A stretch of DNA of 36,068 bases from a bacterium (GTDB lineage Bacteria > Zhuqueibacterota > Zhuqueibacteria > Zhuqueibacterales > Zhuqueibacteraceae). The notes under the pieces are model-generated. The model searched no databases and was not told where the DNA came from. It worked only from the letters and a program-made list of their open reading frames with translations. Each line of letters begins with the position of its first letter. Position 1 is the first letter of the stretch. The translations under genes and the position numbers were made by a program. Positions 18,333 through 28,110 of the stretch are shown here, in pieces. The stretch lies in assembly GCA_044869275.1 (NCBI GenBank), contig JBIOXB010000181.1, positions 1 to 36,068 of the forward strand, read 5' to 3'.

Positions 18333-18578
18333 ATTGCTTCGCGTTGAAAACCTCATGTTGGTGAATCTCCTCGCGGTCGCTTTTGTCATACGCACCCGCG
18401 GTCTTTGAGCGAACAAAGCCGTTTGAACAACCCCTGCCTTCCCTCGTCTTTACCCGCATACTCTCTCTCTCAACTCAAAGCACTCTTCGGCTTTTTCAGC
18501 TTGATAAAAACAACACCGGCAGGTAGATTGACCTCAATCATTCATTGCTATTTCGACCTTTACGAGGAGAAGCAATCC

Positions 18579-20897
18579 ATGAAGCGCGCGTTGCGATTCC
18601 CGCATCACCGATTCAGCGCAGTTTTTTTCGTTCTCGCCCTGATGTTGAGCTGCACCGCCGGCTTGGCACAGCAAGCCAAATTGCCGCTCAAGCTGGAGGA
18701 TTTTTATGCTTCTGCAAAATTCGCCGGCAGCGCTTTTCAAGGGGGACAATGGGCGGAAAAAGGCCCGGTGATTACGTTTGTCAAGGCTGATACCGCCACC
18801 GGCGCAACCCATATCGTGAGCTACGATCTCGAGCGCAAGCAGCAAAAAGTACTCTTGGACGGCAACCGTCTGCAAGCGGCGGACGTTGACCGGCGCATCA
18901 ACATTCTGAATTATGCCTTCAACCATGATGGCTCGCAGGTGTTGATTTACACGGACTCCGCGCCGGTGTGGCGTTTCAATACCAAGGGCTATTATTATGT
19001 TTATGATTTTGCCAATCAATCCTTGACGCCGATCAGCGCGCGCGCGAAAGGCTATCAAATGTTCGCGAAGTTCAGCCCGGACGGCCGCCACGTGGCCTTC
19101 GTGCGCGATCGCAATTTGTTCGCGGTGGAATTGGCCAGCATGAACGAAACCCAGCTCACGTTCGACGGTTCCGAAGGCAAGATCATCAACGGCACGACGG
19201 ATTGGGTGTATGAAGAGGAATTTGGCTTGCGTGACGGCTGGTCGTGGAGTCCGGACAGCAAATATCTCGCTTTCTTTCAGTTCGATGAATCCCAGACTAG
19301 CGATTTCTTCATGGCGGATTTGCGCGGCGACAGACCAGAGCTGAAAAAATTCCGCTTCCCCTTCGCGGGCGAGCCGAACAGCGAGGTTCGCATCGGCGTA
19401 ATCGACCTCATCACGAAGAAGCCGCAGTATTTTGATACCGGCACGTGGCAAAACAATGATGAGAGCAGCGAATACATTCCACGCATGGGCTGGACGCCTG
19501 CGATAGAGGGCAAGCCGTGGGTGTGGATCATACGCCTCAACCGCGATCAGAATCACCTTACGCTGTTGCACGGCAATCCTGAAAATCGCCAAGTCAAAAT
19601 TGTTTTCGAGGAGAAAGAAAGCACGTGGGTCGAGCCGTGCAATTTTCTGGACAATAACGACAAGCTGGTATACCTGCCGGATGGCAAGCATCTGCTCTGG
19701 CAAAGCGAGCGCGATGGGTACAATCATTTGTACCTTTACAAAACCACGGGCGAGCCGGCGCAACAACTCACGCGCGGCGCGTGGGAAGTGACTTCCTTTC
19801 ACGGCTACGATGCCAAAGGCAAGCAGTTCTATTTTTCCGCCAACGCCGAAAGCCCGATTCAACGGCAACTGTACCGCCTCGCATTCGATTTTAATAAGAT
19901 GACGAACGGCGTTGCCGCGCAGCCCGTCAAGATTTCCAGCGAGGCGGGAACGCACGCTTCCAGTTTTTCGCGCGATTGGAAGTATTATCTCGACACCTAT
20001 TCCAGCCGCAACACGCCGGCGGTGACGCGCTTGCACAAATCAGATGGCACCATCGTCGAATACCTGGAAGAGAATGCCAAGCTCAAGCGCGCGCTGGCAG
20101 AACATGACTTCCCCAAGACGGAATTCCTGACCGTCCCCGGTGCTGGCAGCCCGCGGCTGCACGGCTACGTGATCAAACCCACGAATTTCGATCCTGCAAA
20201 AAAATATCCCCTGCTCATGTTCACTTACGGCGGTCCGGCCTCGCAGCAAGTTACGGATGCGTGGGACGGGTTCTTCGGCTTGTGGCATGCCTATATGGCG
20301 CAACAAGGTGTCATCGTCGCCTGCGTGGACAACCGCGGCGCGCACGGTTACGGCAAGGCCTTCGAGAGCGCGTTGCATCAGAACATGGGAACCGTCGAGC
20401 CGCAGGATCAAATCGCCGCGGCGAAATACTTTGGCGCGCTGCCGTACATCGATAAGGGCCGCATCGGGATTTGGGGCTGGAGTTACGGCGGCTACAATAC
20501 TATGCTCGCGATGACGAAGTATGACGGCCCGCAAGTGTTCAAGTTGGGCGTCGCCATCGCGCCGGGCGGAGCCTGGGAATCTTACGACACGATTTACACC
20601 GAGCGCTACATGTCCACACCGCAGAAAAATCCCGCGGGTTACGAAGAAGCCTCGCCGCTCAATTTCGTTGGCCATTTGACCGAGCACCAGCGCCTGCTTA
20701 TCGTGCACGGCGATCAGGACGACAATGTGCACTTTCAAAGCACGCTGCATTTGCTCACCGCGCTGCAGAAACAACGCAAGCACTTCCAGTTCATGCTTTA
20801 TCCGGGCGGCAATCACAGTTTGCAGGGCACAGGCAACCCGTTCGTCTATTTGCATTTGTTCGAGACGCTGGCGGATTTTGTCAAGCAGAATTTATAG
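18579..20897 (+). CDS. S9B dipeptidyl-peptidase IV family protein
   Basis: DWVYEEE, GWSYGG nucleophile, DDNVH, YPGGNH; signal peptide; GAGGAG RBS. Confidence 0.95.
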   Translation: MKRALRFPHHRFSAVFFVLALMLSCTAGLAQQAKLPLKLEDFYASAKFAGSAFQGGQWAEKGPVITFVKADTATGATHIVSYDLERKQQKVLLDGNRLQAADVDRRINILNYAFNHDGSQVLIYTDSAPVWRFNTKGYYYVYDFANQSLTPISARAKGYQMFAKFSPDGRHVAFVRDRNLFAVELASMNETQLTFDGSEGKIINGTTDWVYEEEFGLRDGWSWSPDSKYLAFFQFDESQTSDFFMADLRGDRPELKKFRFPFAGEPNSEVRIGVIDLITKKPQYFDTGTWQNNDESSEYIPRMGWTPAIEGKPWVWIIRLNRDQNHLTLLHGNPENRQVKIVFEEKESTWVEPCNFLDNNDKLVYLPDGKHLLWQSERDGYNHLYLYKTTGEPAQQLTRGAWEVTSFHGYDAKGKQFYFSANAESPIQRQLYRLAFDFNKMTNGVAAQPVKISSEAGTHASSFSRDWKYYLDTYSSRNTPAVTRLHKSDGTIVEYLEENAKLKRALAEHDFPKTEFLTVPGAGSPRLHGYVIKPTNFDPAKKYPLLMFTYGGPASQQVTDAWDGFFGLWHAYMAQQGVIVACVDNRGAHGYGKAFESALHQNMGTVEPQDQIAAAKYFGALPYIDKGRIGIWGWSYGGYNTMLAMTKYDGPQVFKLGVAIAPGGAWESYDTIYTERYMSTPQKNPAGYEEASPLNFVGHLTEHQRLLIVHGDQDDNVHFQSTLHLLTALQKQRKHFQFMLYPGGNHSLQGTGNPFVYLHLFETLADFVKQNL

Positions 20898-21033
20898 TGT
20901 TTACCGGGCCGAAGAAGAGGTTCGAATTATCCCTGCTGGATGCTGCGCAAACACCGGGGCAGATCACGTAGCGTTGGGATATTCATTTGAAAATGCAAGA
21001 CTTTAACTCGACTTTGTCAAGCGAGGATAAACA

Positions 21034-21822
21034 TTGCACACACTGCTCTTGTCTCTGCTGGTGGCTGTCGTCTGTTTCAAAAGCGGCCACGGGGGGCTTA
21101 GTACTTGGGAAGACCGCCCGGACTTTGAAAAATACTACAAAGCCGCTGGTGTGCAAGGCGCCTTCGTTTTGTATGACTTGAAGCATGATAAATATCTTGC
21201 CTATGACTCGATACGAGTGCACACGCCGTTCATTCCCGCTTCGACGTATAAGATTTTGAACTCGCTCATTGCCCTCGAAACGGGCGTGATCAAGGATGAA
21301 AATGAGATCATCCGGTGGGACGGTGTGGATCGCGGTTCGGAGGAATGGAATCGCGACCACAATTTGCGCAGCGCGTTCAAGGTTTCGGCGGTCTGGTTCT
21401 ATCAAGAGCTGGCGCGCCGCATTGGACAGAACAGCATGCAGCATTTCGTCGAAGCGGCCGGTTACGGCAATAAAGACCTCGGTGGTGGCATTGATATGTT
21501 TTGGCTGACGGGGAACCTGCGCATCTCCCCGAAAGAGCAAATTGATTTTCTGGTGAAATTGTACCGGAATGAATTGCCTTTTTCGCAGAGAGTGAAGGAC
21601 ACCGTGAAGGACATCATGATTTTCGAAAAGACGGACGAGTACGTGTTGCGCGCCAAAACCGGCTGGGCCATGCAGATCGGCTGGTTCGTCGGGTATGTCG
21701 AACGCGGCGGCAATGCCTATTTTTTCGCCAATCACATCGATATTCTGAAAGCGGAGGATCGCGAGGCGAGAATTCAAATCAGCAAAAGCATTTTGCATGA
21801 TTTGGGGCTCGTTTCGTTTTGA
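21034..21822 (+). CDS. Class D (OXA-type) beta-lactamase homolog
   Basis: PASTYK (SxxK), SAVW (SxV), YGN, FWL, KTG, GWFVG; hydrophobic leader; TTG start. Confidence 0.9.
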   Translation: MHTLLLSLLVAVVCFKSGHGGLSTWEDRPDFEKYYKAAGVQGAFVLYDLKHDKYLAYDSIRVHTPFIPASTYKILNSLIALETGVIKDENEIIRWDGVDRGSEEWNRDHNLRSAFKVSAVWFYQELARRIGQNSMQHFVEAAGYGNKDLGGGIDMFWLTGNLRISPKEQIDFLVKLYRNELPFSQRVKDTVKDIMIFEKTDEYVLRAKTGWAMQIGWFVGYVERGGNAYFFANHIDILKAEDREARIQISKSILHDLGLVSF

Positions 21823-21851
21823 AGTTTTGCAACAAATTGGCAGAGAAAAAC

Positions 21852-22184
21852 ATGATCAAAGTCGTCTACTGCATCACCAAAAAACCCGGCATGTCGGACG
21901 CGGATTTTTTTCATTATTGGAAGCATGTGCACGGTGCAATCGGCGCAAAGATTCCAGGGCTCAAACGCTTGGTGCAGAGCCATGCTCAACGAGTTGGCCA
22001 GGATCGGCGCGCTGGCGATTACGACGGCATGGCCGAGCTCTGGTTTGAGAATGTCGCTGCGTTGCTGGCCGCGCAGCAATCACCGCAATGGCAGGCTTCG
22101 ACTGCGGATGAAGTGAATTTCATCGATCACCAAAGAACCGCCTATTTTGTCACCGAAGAACACGAAATCGCTTTGCCGAGGTGA
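21852..22184 (+). CDS. EthD-family protein
   Basis: KKPGMS..DF..YW...H, IPGL, YDGMAELWF, DEVNFID. Confidence 0.85.
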   Translation: MIKVVYCITKKPGMSDADFFHYWKHVHGAIGAKIPGLKRLVQSHAQRVGQDRRAGDYDGMAELWFENVAALLAAQQSPQWQASTADEVNFIDHQRTAYFVTEEHEIALPR

Positions 22185-22188
22185 CCGT

Positions 22189-22545
22189 ATGCCCGTCAAC
22201 CCTGATTACCGCGACTTCGTGCTGGAACAGCTCGAGCCAGTGGGCCCGATCGTCGCCAAGAGCATGTTCGGCGGCTTCGGGCTCTATTCTGGCAAGCACT
22301 TTTTTGCCATTATGTTCAACGACACTCTTTATTTCAAAGTTGACAACGCCAACCGCCCGAATTATGTTGCCAGTGGCATGCCGCCATTTCAGCCTTTTAA
22401 AAACAAACCCGCCACACTGCAATATTACGAAGTGCCGATTCACGTCATTGAAGATCGCAAGCAGCTGGAAGTCTGGGCGCGCATGGCGATTGACGCCGCC
22501 CAATATTCAAAGAAGACCACACCGAAAAAAACGAGGGGAAGATGA
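22189..22545 (+). CDS. TfoX/Sxy N-terminal domain protein
   Basis: KSMFGGFGLY, LYFKVD, PF, YYEVP. Confidence 0.88.
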   Translation: MPVNPDYRDFVLEQLEPVGPIVAKSMFGGFGLYSGKHFFAIMFNDTLYFKVDNANRPNYVASGMPPFQPFKNKPATLQYYEVPIHVIEDRKQLEVWARMAIDAAQYSKKTTPKKTRGR

Positions 22546-23234
22546 ACAAGAATCTCCTATCGTTGATCATCGGAACGAGCGGGCTGATTCTTTTATCCGC
22601 CGAAGCTTTCGCACAAATCCAGCCTCGTGGACGATGGTTCACGCGCGCGCCTTTGCCCACTCCGCGGCAGGAAATGCCGCTCGCGCTGTTGGACGGCAAA
22701 ATCTACGTGCCCGGCGGTTTCAATCGCAACGGCAATGGCTTGGCGATCGTTGAAGTTTTTGAACCGGCCGCTAATCGCTGGTCAAGCTGAATGTGGCGTG
22801 CGGTGCAAGCCCTGCCCACCCCGCGCCACGGCATGCAGGCGGTCACCGCCGGAGATACCATCTTCGTCATCGGCGGTGGGCCGGTTGCGGGCTACAGTGT
22901 GACCGGCGTGAACGAGGGTTTTACGTTTGCAGAGCCAACCACGGTGGATAATGCGCCAGCCCAAGAAATTGCAGGTTTTGAGCTGTGGCAGAATTATCCC
23001 AATCCTTTCAACGCCGGCACACACATTGGTTTCATTTTGTCGGTGGCGGCTGCAGTGGAGTTATCGGTTTACGACGTGCACGGCCAGGAGGTCGCACTTC
23101 TCCTGCAACAGCGCTTGCCTGCGGGAAAGCATGAAGTGGTTTTTCTCCAAGAGCGGCTTGTCTCCGGCCTGTATTATTACACCTTGCGTGCGGGAGGCTT
23201 CGTGCGCACGCATAAAATGCTTTTGTTGCGATGA
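22542..23234 (+). pseudogene. Kelch-repeat plus T9SS-CTD protein, internally deleted, with in-frame TGA at 22788-22790
   Basis: Signal peptide and first Kelch blade (LPTPRQE, IYVPGG, EVFEP..NRW), TGA, then last blade (LPTPRHG, IFVIGG) and QNYPNPFN CTD in the same frame. Confidence 0.75.
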
Positions 23235-23353
23235 GGCTGAGTGCTTTTTCTTCCGGCGACGCGGAATTGCCGGTTGCAAATTGCTGCAGGATTCGTTATC
23301 ATGAAAATGAGTGACCCAATCTTGACAACAACCGTCATGTCAACGAGGCCGGT

Positions 23354-24997
23354 GTGAAGATGGTCCGCGATTGTTTTCTCGCATTTCTCCTCGCCCTTCA
23401 AATTGCAGCTCCTGCCCCGAGTTTCGCGCAATCCTCCAAAATTGAATCTGAAAGATTCGGCAATTTTGCGGGCGTCACCGCCGCGCAGCTCAAGGACTAT
23501 TTGTCTCTCGTCGCTTCCGATGAGATGGCCGGCCGCGACACGCCGTCACACGGGTTGCGCACCACGGCACTGTTTTTGGCGACGCAACTCTCGCGCTGGG
23601 GAGCCAAGCCGGCGGGTGACCAGGGCACATTTTTTCAGAATATCGGGCTGCGCCATGCGAGAATCGATCCCGAAACCACATTTGCCGAATTCGGAAACCA
23701 GCGCTTCAAGTACGGTGATGATTTTCTGGCGCAGTATGAGGCCGGGGCGGCGAGCGCTGCGCTGGTTTATGTCAATCAATGCTGGACGATCAAGAACAGG
23801 GATATTTTTCCTGATGACAGCATTGAGGTGAAGGGCAAAATTATCATCACGCATGCTGGGTATCCGCGCGGCGTGGGGTTTTTCGAGTTGTACGGGAAGA
23901 AGGCGGGCGTGGATTACCAGGCGGCGGCAGATTACGCACGTCGCCGCGGCGCCCGTGGCATCATTTTCATCCCGTCGTTTAAAAACCTTTCGCTCTGGCC
24001 GCAGACGCGCAGCAAGGAAGTGGACACGGGCACTATCGTGGTGGACAAATTCACGCCAGTGGAAAGCCCGCCCGTTCCAACGATCACCGCTTCGCTGCAC
24101 ATGCTGGCGGCGATTTTTAAAGGGGAGCTGGAGGACGCGGCGGTGATTTTTAGGCGCAGTCTGGTGGAAGATGAAGAACTGATCGCCTCCTTTGCATTGA
24201 ATCCGGCGAAAAAAATGAGCATGGCCGTCGCCCTTAAAACCAAAATAGAAACCACGCAAAACGTCGTGGCGGTGTGGGAAGGCGGCGACCGTAAGCTGAG
24301 AAATGAATACGTCGCGCTTGGTGCGCATTACGATCATGTCGGCGTAGGGGTTCCCGTAGCCGGCGACTCGATCTACAACGGCGCGGATGACGACGGCTCC
24401 GGCACCGCGGCGGTATTGGCCATCGCCGAAGCCTTTGCCAAGGGCCCGCGTCCGAAGCGCTCTCTGCTTTTCGTCTGGCATGCCGGCGAAGAACAGGGCT
24501 TGTGGGGGTCAAAATATTTTGTCGAATCTCCTTTGATTCCTCTGGATCGTATTGTGGCGCAGCTCAATCTGGACATGATCGGCCGCAGCCGCAAGCCCGG
24601 GGACACAGATCCGGCCAACGAGCAATTGTCTGGACCCGACGAAATCTATGTCATCGGCTCGAAGATGATGAGCACGGCGCTGGGCGAACTGAGCGAGCGC
24701 GTGAATCATGACTTTCTAAAACTGGCGTTTAATTACAAATACGACGATCCCAATGATCCCAGCCGTTTTTTCTTTCGCAGCGATCATTATCATTATGCCC
24801 GCAATGGCATTCCCATCATTTTTTATTTCGACGGGGTACACGAAGATTATCATAAGCCTTCCGACCACGTTGACAAAATCGATTTTCTAAAAATGGAAAA
24901 AGTCACGCGCACCGTTTTCGCGACGGCATGGGACCTGGCGAACATGCCCAAGCGTCCGGCGGTTGACAAGCAACTGCCGGAAGCGCTGGCGGAATGA
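23354..24997 (+). CDS. M28 family peptidase with PA-like insert
   Basis: GAHYDH, NGADDDGSG, GEEQGLWGS, NLDMIG, RSDH, DYHKPSD; signal peptide. Confidence 0.93.
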   Translation: MKMVRDCFLAFLLALQIAAPAPSFAQSSKIESERFGNFAGVTAAQLKDYLSLVASDEMAGRDTPSHGLRTTALFLATQLSRWGAKPAGDQGTFFQNIGLRHARIDPETTFAEFGNQRFKYGDDFLAQYEAGAASAALVYVNQCWTIKNRDIFPDDSIEVKGKIIITHAGYPRGVGFFELYGKKAGVDYQAAADYARRRGARGIIFIPSFKNLSLWPQTRSKEVDTGTIVVDKFTPVESPPVPTITASLHMLAAIFKGELEDAAVIFRRSLVEDEELIASFALNPAKKMSMAVALKTKIETTQNVVAVWEGGDRKLRNEYVALGAHYDHVGVGVPVAGDSIYNGADDDGSGTAAVLAIAEAFAKGPRPKRSLLFVWHAGEEQGLWGSKYFVESPLIPLDRIVAQLNLDMIGRSRKPGDTDPANEQLSGPDEIYVIGSKMMSTALGELSERVNHDFLKLAFNYKYDDPNDPSRFFFRSDHYHYARNGIPIIFYFDGVHEDYHKPSDHVDKIDFLKMEKVTRTVFATAWDLANMPKRPAVDKQLPEALAE

Positions 24998-25141
24998 GCG
25001 CATGCGCCTGATGAAGAGACGGGCGCGATTTGAACTGGAACGCGCGTTTTGCTGGAGAAGGATCCGATGGTGGTCAACAGGCTTTTCAATGACGCTCTGC
25101 CACCGGAAAAATTGGGCTTTTGCCCGGGAAGGATCTTGCCG

Positions 25142-26788
25142 ATGGCTCGTTGCAAATTCCTGCTCCTTTGCTGTTGTGGTTTCATTCTTTTTTCGTCTTG
25201 GGTATGGCCTCCGGACTCGCCTCGCCTCGTCATTCTCATTGCAATAGATCAAATGCGCGCGGATTACGTCGAACGTTTCGAGGGAGAATTCACTGGCGGC
25301 TTGCGGCGCCTGTGTCGCGAGGGCCTGGTGTTTACACAGGCGGATTTGAACTACGCCTCGAGTGAAACCGGGCCGGGACATGCCGCACTGGCCACCGGCT
25401 CGTACCCGCGCACCAACGGCATTTTGTCGAATGAATGGCCCGATCGCTTTTCCCAGCGGCAAGTGTATTGCGTTGGTGATACTTCGGCGAAAGCCGTGGA
25501 TCAAGAAGGCGGAAAGAAATCACCGCGAAATCTGGCGGTCACGGGGTTGGGAGATTGGTTGCAAGCCGCCTCGCCGCAATCCAAAGTGGTTTCCGTTGCG
25601 GTAAAAGATCGCGCGGCGGTATTGATGGGTGGCCAGCGGCCGGAGGCTGTTTTTTGGTATAGCAGTGAGACCGGGCATATGGTGACCTCGGATTATTATC
25701 TTGAAACATTGCCGGATTGGGTGAAGCAATTCAATGCTTCGAATTGGGTTGGAGCAAATGTGCCGGCGGTGTGGGCGAAATTAAAAGAAGAAAAAGTTTA
25801 CGCCCAATACGGCCCGGATGAAATGCCAGGCGAATTCGTGTGGGGCGAAACCACGACCTTTCCGCACGCCTTTCAGCCGGGCCGGGAAAAAAAACAAATG
25901 CTGACCTCGCCATGGGGCGACATGATGATCCTCGATTTTGCGGCGGCGGCAATACGTGCCGAAAAAATCGGGCAACGCGGGCAAACGGACTTTCTCGCAA
26001 TCGGCTTGTCGTGCACGGATTACGTCGGCCACGCTTTCGGGCCGGACAGCCACGAAATGCATGATCATTTATTGCGCCTCGATCGCGCGCTCGGCGAATT
26101 CTTGCAGCTTGTCGAGCGCACAGTTGGAGAAGGGAAATACCTCGTCGCGCTGAGTGCCGATCACGCCGTGTTGCCGCTGCCGGAGTATTTGACGCAATTC
26201 AAAAAAGAAAAAGCTCGGCGCCTCATTTACGAGCGCGACCTCAAGCCGGCCCTCGCAAGCTTGACGGCGAAGCTGCAACAAGAGCTCGGCACGGACGAGC
26301 CCTTGATTCGACAAAACGCCTTTTTGAATTATGCCGCCGCGGCCAAGCACGGGCTGGACAGTCTGGCATTCGAGGCCAGGCTGCGAACGGGCTTGTTGCA
26401 AATTGAGGGCATTGCCGAGGTGTATTTTCGCCGCGAGCTGCGGGATTTCAGTTCGCCTCCTCGTCCTTATATCGATCTGTTCCGGCGAAGTTATTATGCA
26501 CCGCGTGGTGAGGATTTTCAAATTCGTTTTTGCGAAAATTGTCTGATCACCTCGTCGCCCACGGGCACCTCGCACGGCTCGCCGTATCGCGACGACACCC
26601 ATGTGCCCATCGTCTTTTTCGGCAGGAATATCAAGGCCGGAGGCCTTGATCGCAAGGTGCATACCGTCGATGTTGCTCCGACCTTGGCGAAGATGCTCGG
26701 CGTGGCATACCCAGCGAGTGTCGAGGGAGTGCCGATACCGGAAATCGTAAGCACGCATTGGCCAATCTCTGAGAAGGCAGGCCAATAG
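25142..26788 (+). CDS. Alkaline phosphatase superfamily protein, PafA/PhoK-type
   Basis: IDQMRADY, Thr nucleophile ETGPGHA, KDRAA, DYVGH, SADH, HGS. Confidence 0.9.
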   Translation: MARCKFLLLCCCGFILFSSWVWPPDSPRLVILIAIDQMRADYVERFEGEFTGGLRRLCREGLVFTQADLNYASSETGPGHAALATGSYPRTNGILSNEWPDRFSQRQVYCVGDTSAKAVDQEGGKKSPRNLAVTGLGDWLQAASPQSKVVSVAVKDRAAVLMGGQRPEAVFWYSSETGHMVTSDYYLETLPDWVKQFNASNWVGANVPAVWAKLKEEKVYAQYGPDEMPGEFVWGETTTFPHAFQPGREKKQMLTSPWGDMMILDFAAAAIRAEKIGQRGQTDFLAIGLSCTDYVGHAFGPDSHEMHDHLLRLDRALGEFLQLVERTVGEGKYLVALSADHAVLPLPEYLTQFKKEKARRLIYERDLKPALASLTAKLQQELGTDEPLIRQNAFLNYAAAAKHGLDSLAFEARLRTGLLQIEGIAEVYFRRELRDFSSPPRPYIDLFRRSYYAPRGEDFQIRFCENCLITSSPTGTSHGSPYRDDTHVPIVFFGRNIKAGGLDRKVHTVDVAPTLAKMLGVAYPASVEGVPIPEIVSTHWPISEKAGQ

Positions 26789-26890
26789 CCTGGCTACAGG
26801 AAATTGTTACTATGGCCTACGATACGGATCAGCGGTGCAGTTAATGAAGCTTCCTCAGTTCGAAAGAAAAGCAGGTTAGGGAAGAAGCAT

Positions 26891-28110
26891 TCAAGCTCTT
26901 ATCTGCCGGCGGCGGCCGCAGTAAGCGACAATGAGGAGGATGGCCGTCGCCATCAAATAAGGCGGCGTGAGTGCTTGCGGTGTTGCTGCAACCGTCGCGC
27001 CCACAAAATCCAGCGGCGCTACACGATTGATCGGCCCGACATACCACCACATCACATAGATCACTTCGAAAAGTTTGGGGCTGCCGCTGCACGTTCCAGC
27101 GGCCAAAGCCATGCCCTGCCATGGAAAGGTCTGCAGGCGGATGGGTCCGCGACGTATTTCATAACCCACGCTCACCGATTCCTTATACTCTGGAAAATGC
27201 TGCCGCACGGCGCGGCTCATGTCCGCCAGCAAGGTTGACATGCCGAACAAATCATGCGCCGGCGTGACGGTTTCACTGTGTTGGATCATGCTGGGCATGA
27301 TTGCCGTTGACAGGAGCGCGATCCAGAGAAAAAAATAAAGGGCATTGCCCAGGCCGCCACGCAGCCAGGAAACGCTTTCGAACAATAGCGCCAGCGCGGC
27401 AATCACCAGCATGGCCGGTAGCGTCATCAAAATAAAAGGAGACAACAGCGGCCACAAGCGCAGTTGCGTTTCCTCTCCGCGCAGGAATTGCATGCCCGCG
27501 GCGACCAGCACCAGCACGCCGACGATGGTGCTCAAGACCGCGAAGTTGCTGAAACATTTGCCGAAAAGATAATGCGCCCGGCTGATGGGCGTGGCCGCAA
27601 TGATTTGGCCCACGCCCGTGCGCAGCAGATGCTCCGGCGTGGTGTGCAAAAGCAATTGGCCACGATGGATAAGCACGAGTTCTGTCGCGGCGGCTTCGAC
27701 GTCCGTGACGATGTGCGTGGAAAGAATGACGATGCGCTCGCCGGCGAGATCGGTCAACAAATGGCGGAAGCGCGCGCGTTCTTCGGGATCCAAACCAACC
27801 GTCGGTTCATCGACGATCAGCAGTTGCGGATCGTTGAGCAAGGCCTGCGCAATGCCAAGACGCTGCCTCATGCCACCGGAGTAACCTGCCAGCGGCCGCT
27901 TGCGCACCTCGGTCAGGTTGACCAGTTCCAAAAGCGCGGCGATGCGCCGGCGCGCGGCATGCGCAGCCACGCCTTTAATCGCCGCGAGATATTCCAAAAA
28001 TTCGACGGCATTGAGGTTGGGATACACGCCGAAATCCTGCGGCATGAATCCTGTTCTCCAGCACACGGGCTTCCCGGCTATAAATGCCGCCGGAAAGATT
28101 CAATGAGATT
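26891..28110 (-). pseudogene. Telescoped ABC ATPase plus ABC permease remnant
   Basis: Q-loop PQD, signature YSGGMRQR, Walker B LIVDEP and H-loop STH present, Walker A absent; fused in frame near 27622 to permease segments (GVGQIIAATP, GKCFSNF, KLFEVIY..WWYVGP). Confidence 0.75.

Noticed and set aside
18534..20036. 500-aa minus-strand ORF (also 8481-9569, 10845-11804, 23546-24481)
   Set aside because: Antisense shadows of well-supported genes
22788..22790. Selenocysteine or recoded TGA
   Set aside because: Position is not a Cys-equivalent site, other genes here use TGA as a normal stop, and missing Kelch blades point to deletion
21034..23234. bla-EthD-TfoX-Kelch run as an integron cassette array
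   Set aside because: Genes are separated by 30 nt or less or overlap, leaving no room for attC sites; no integrase in the window
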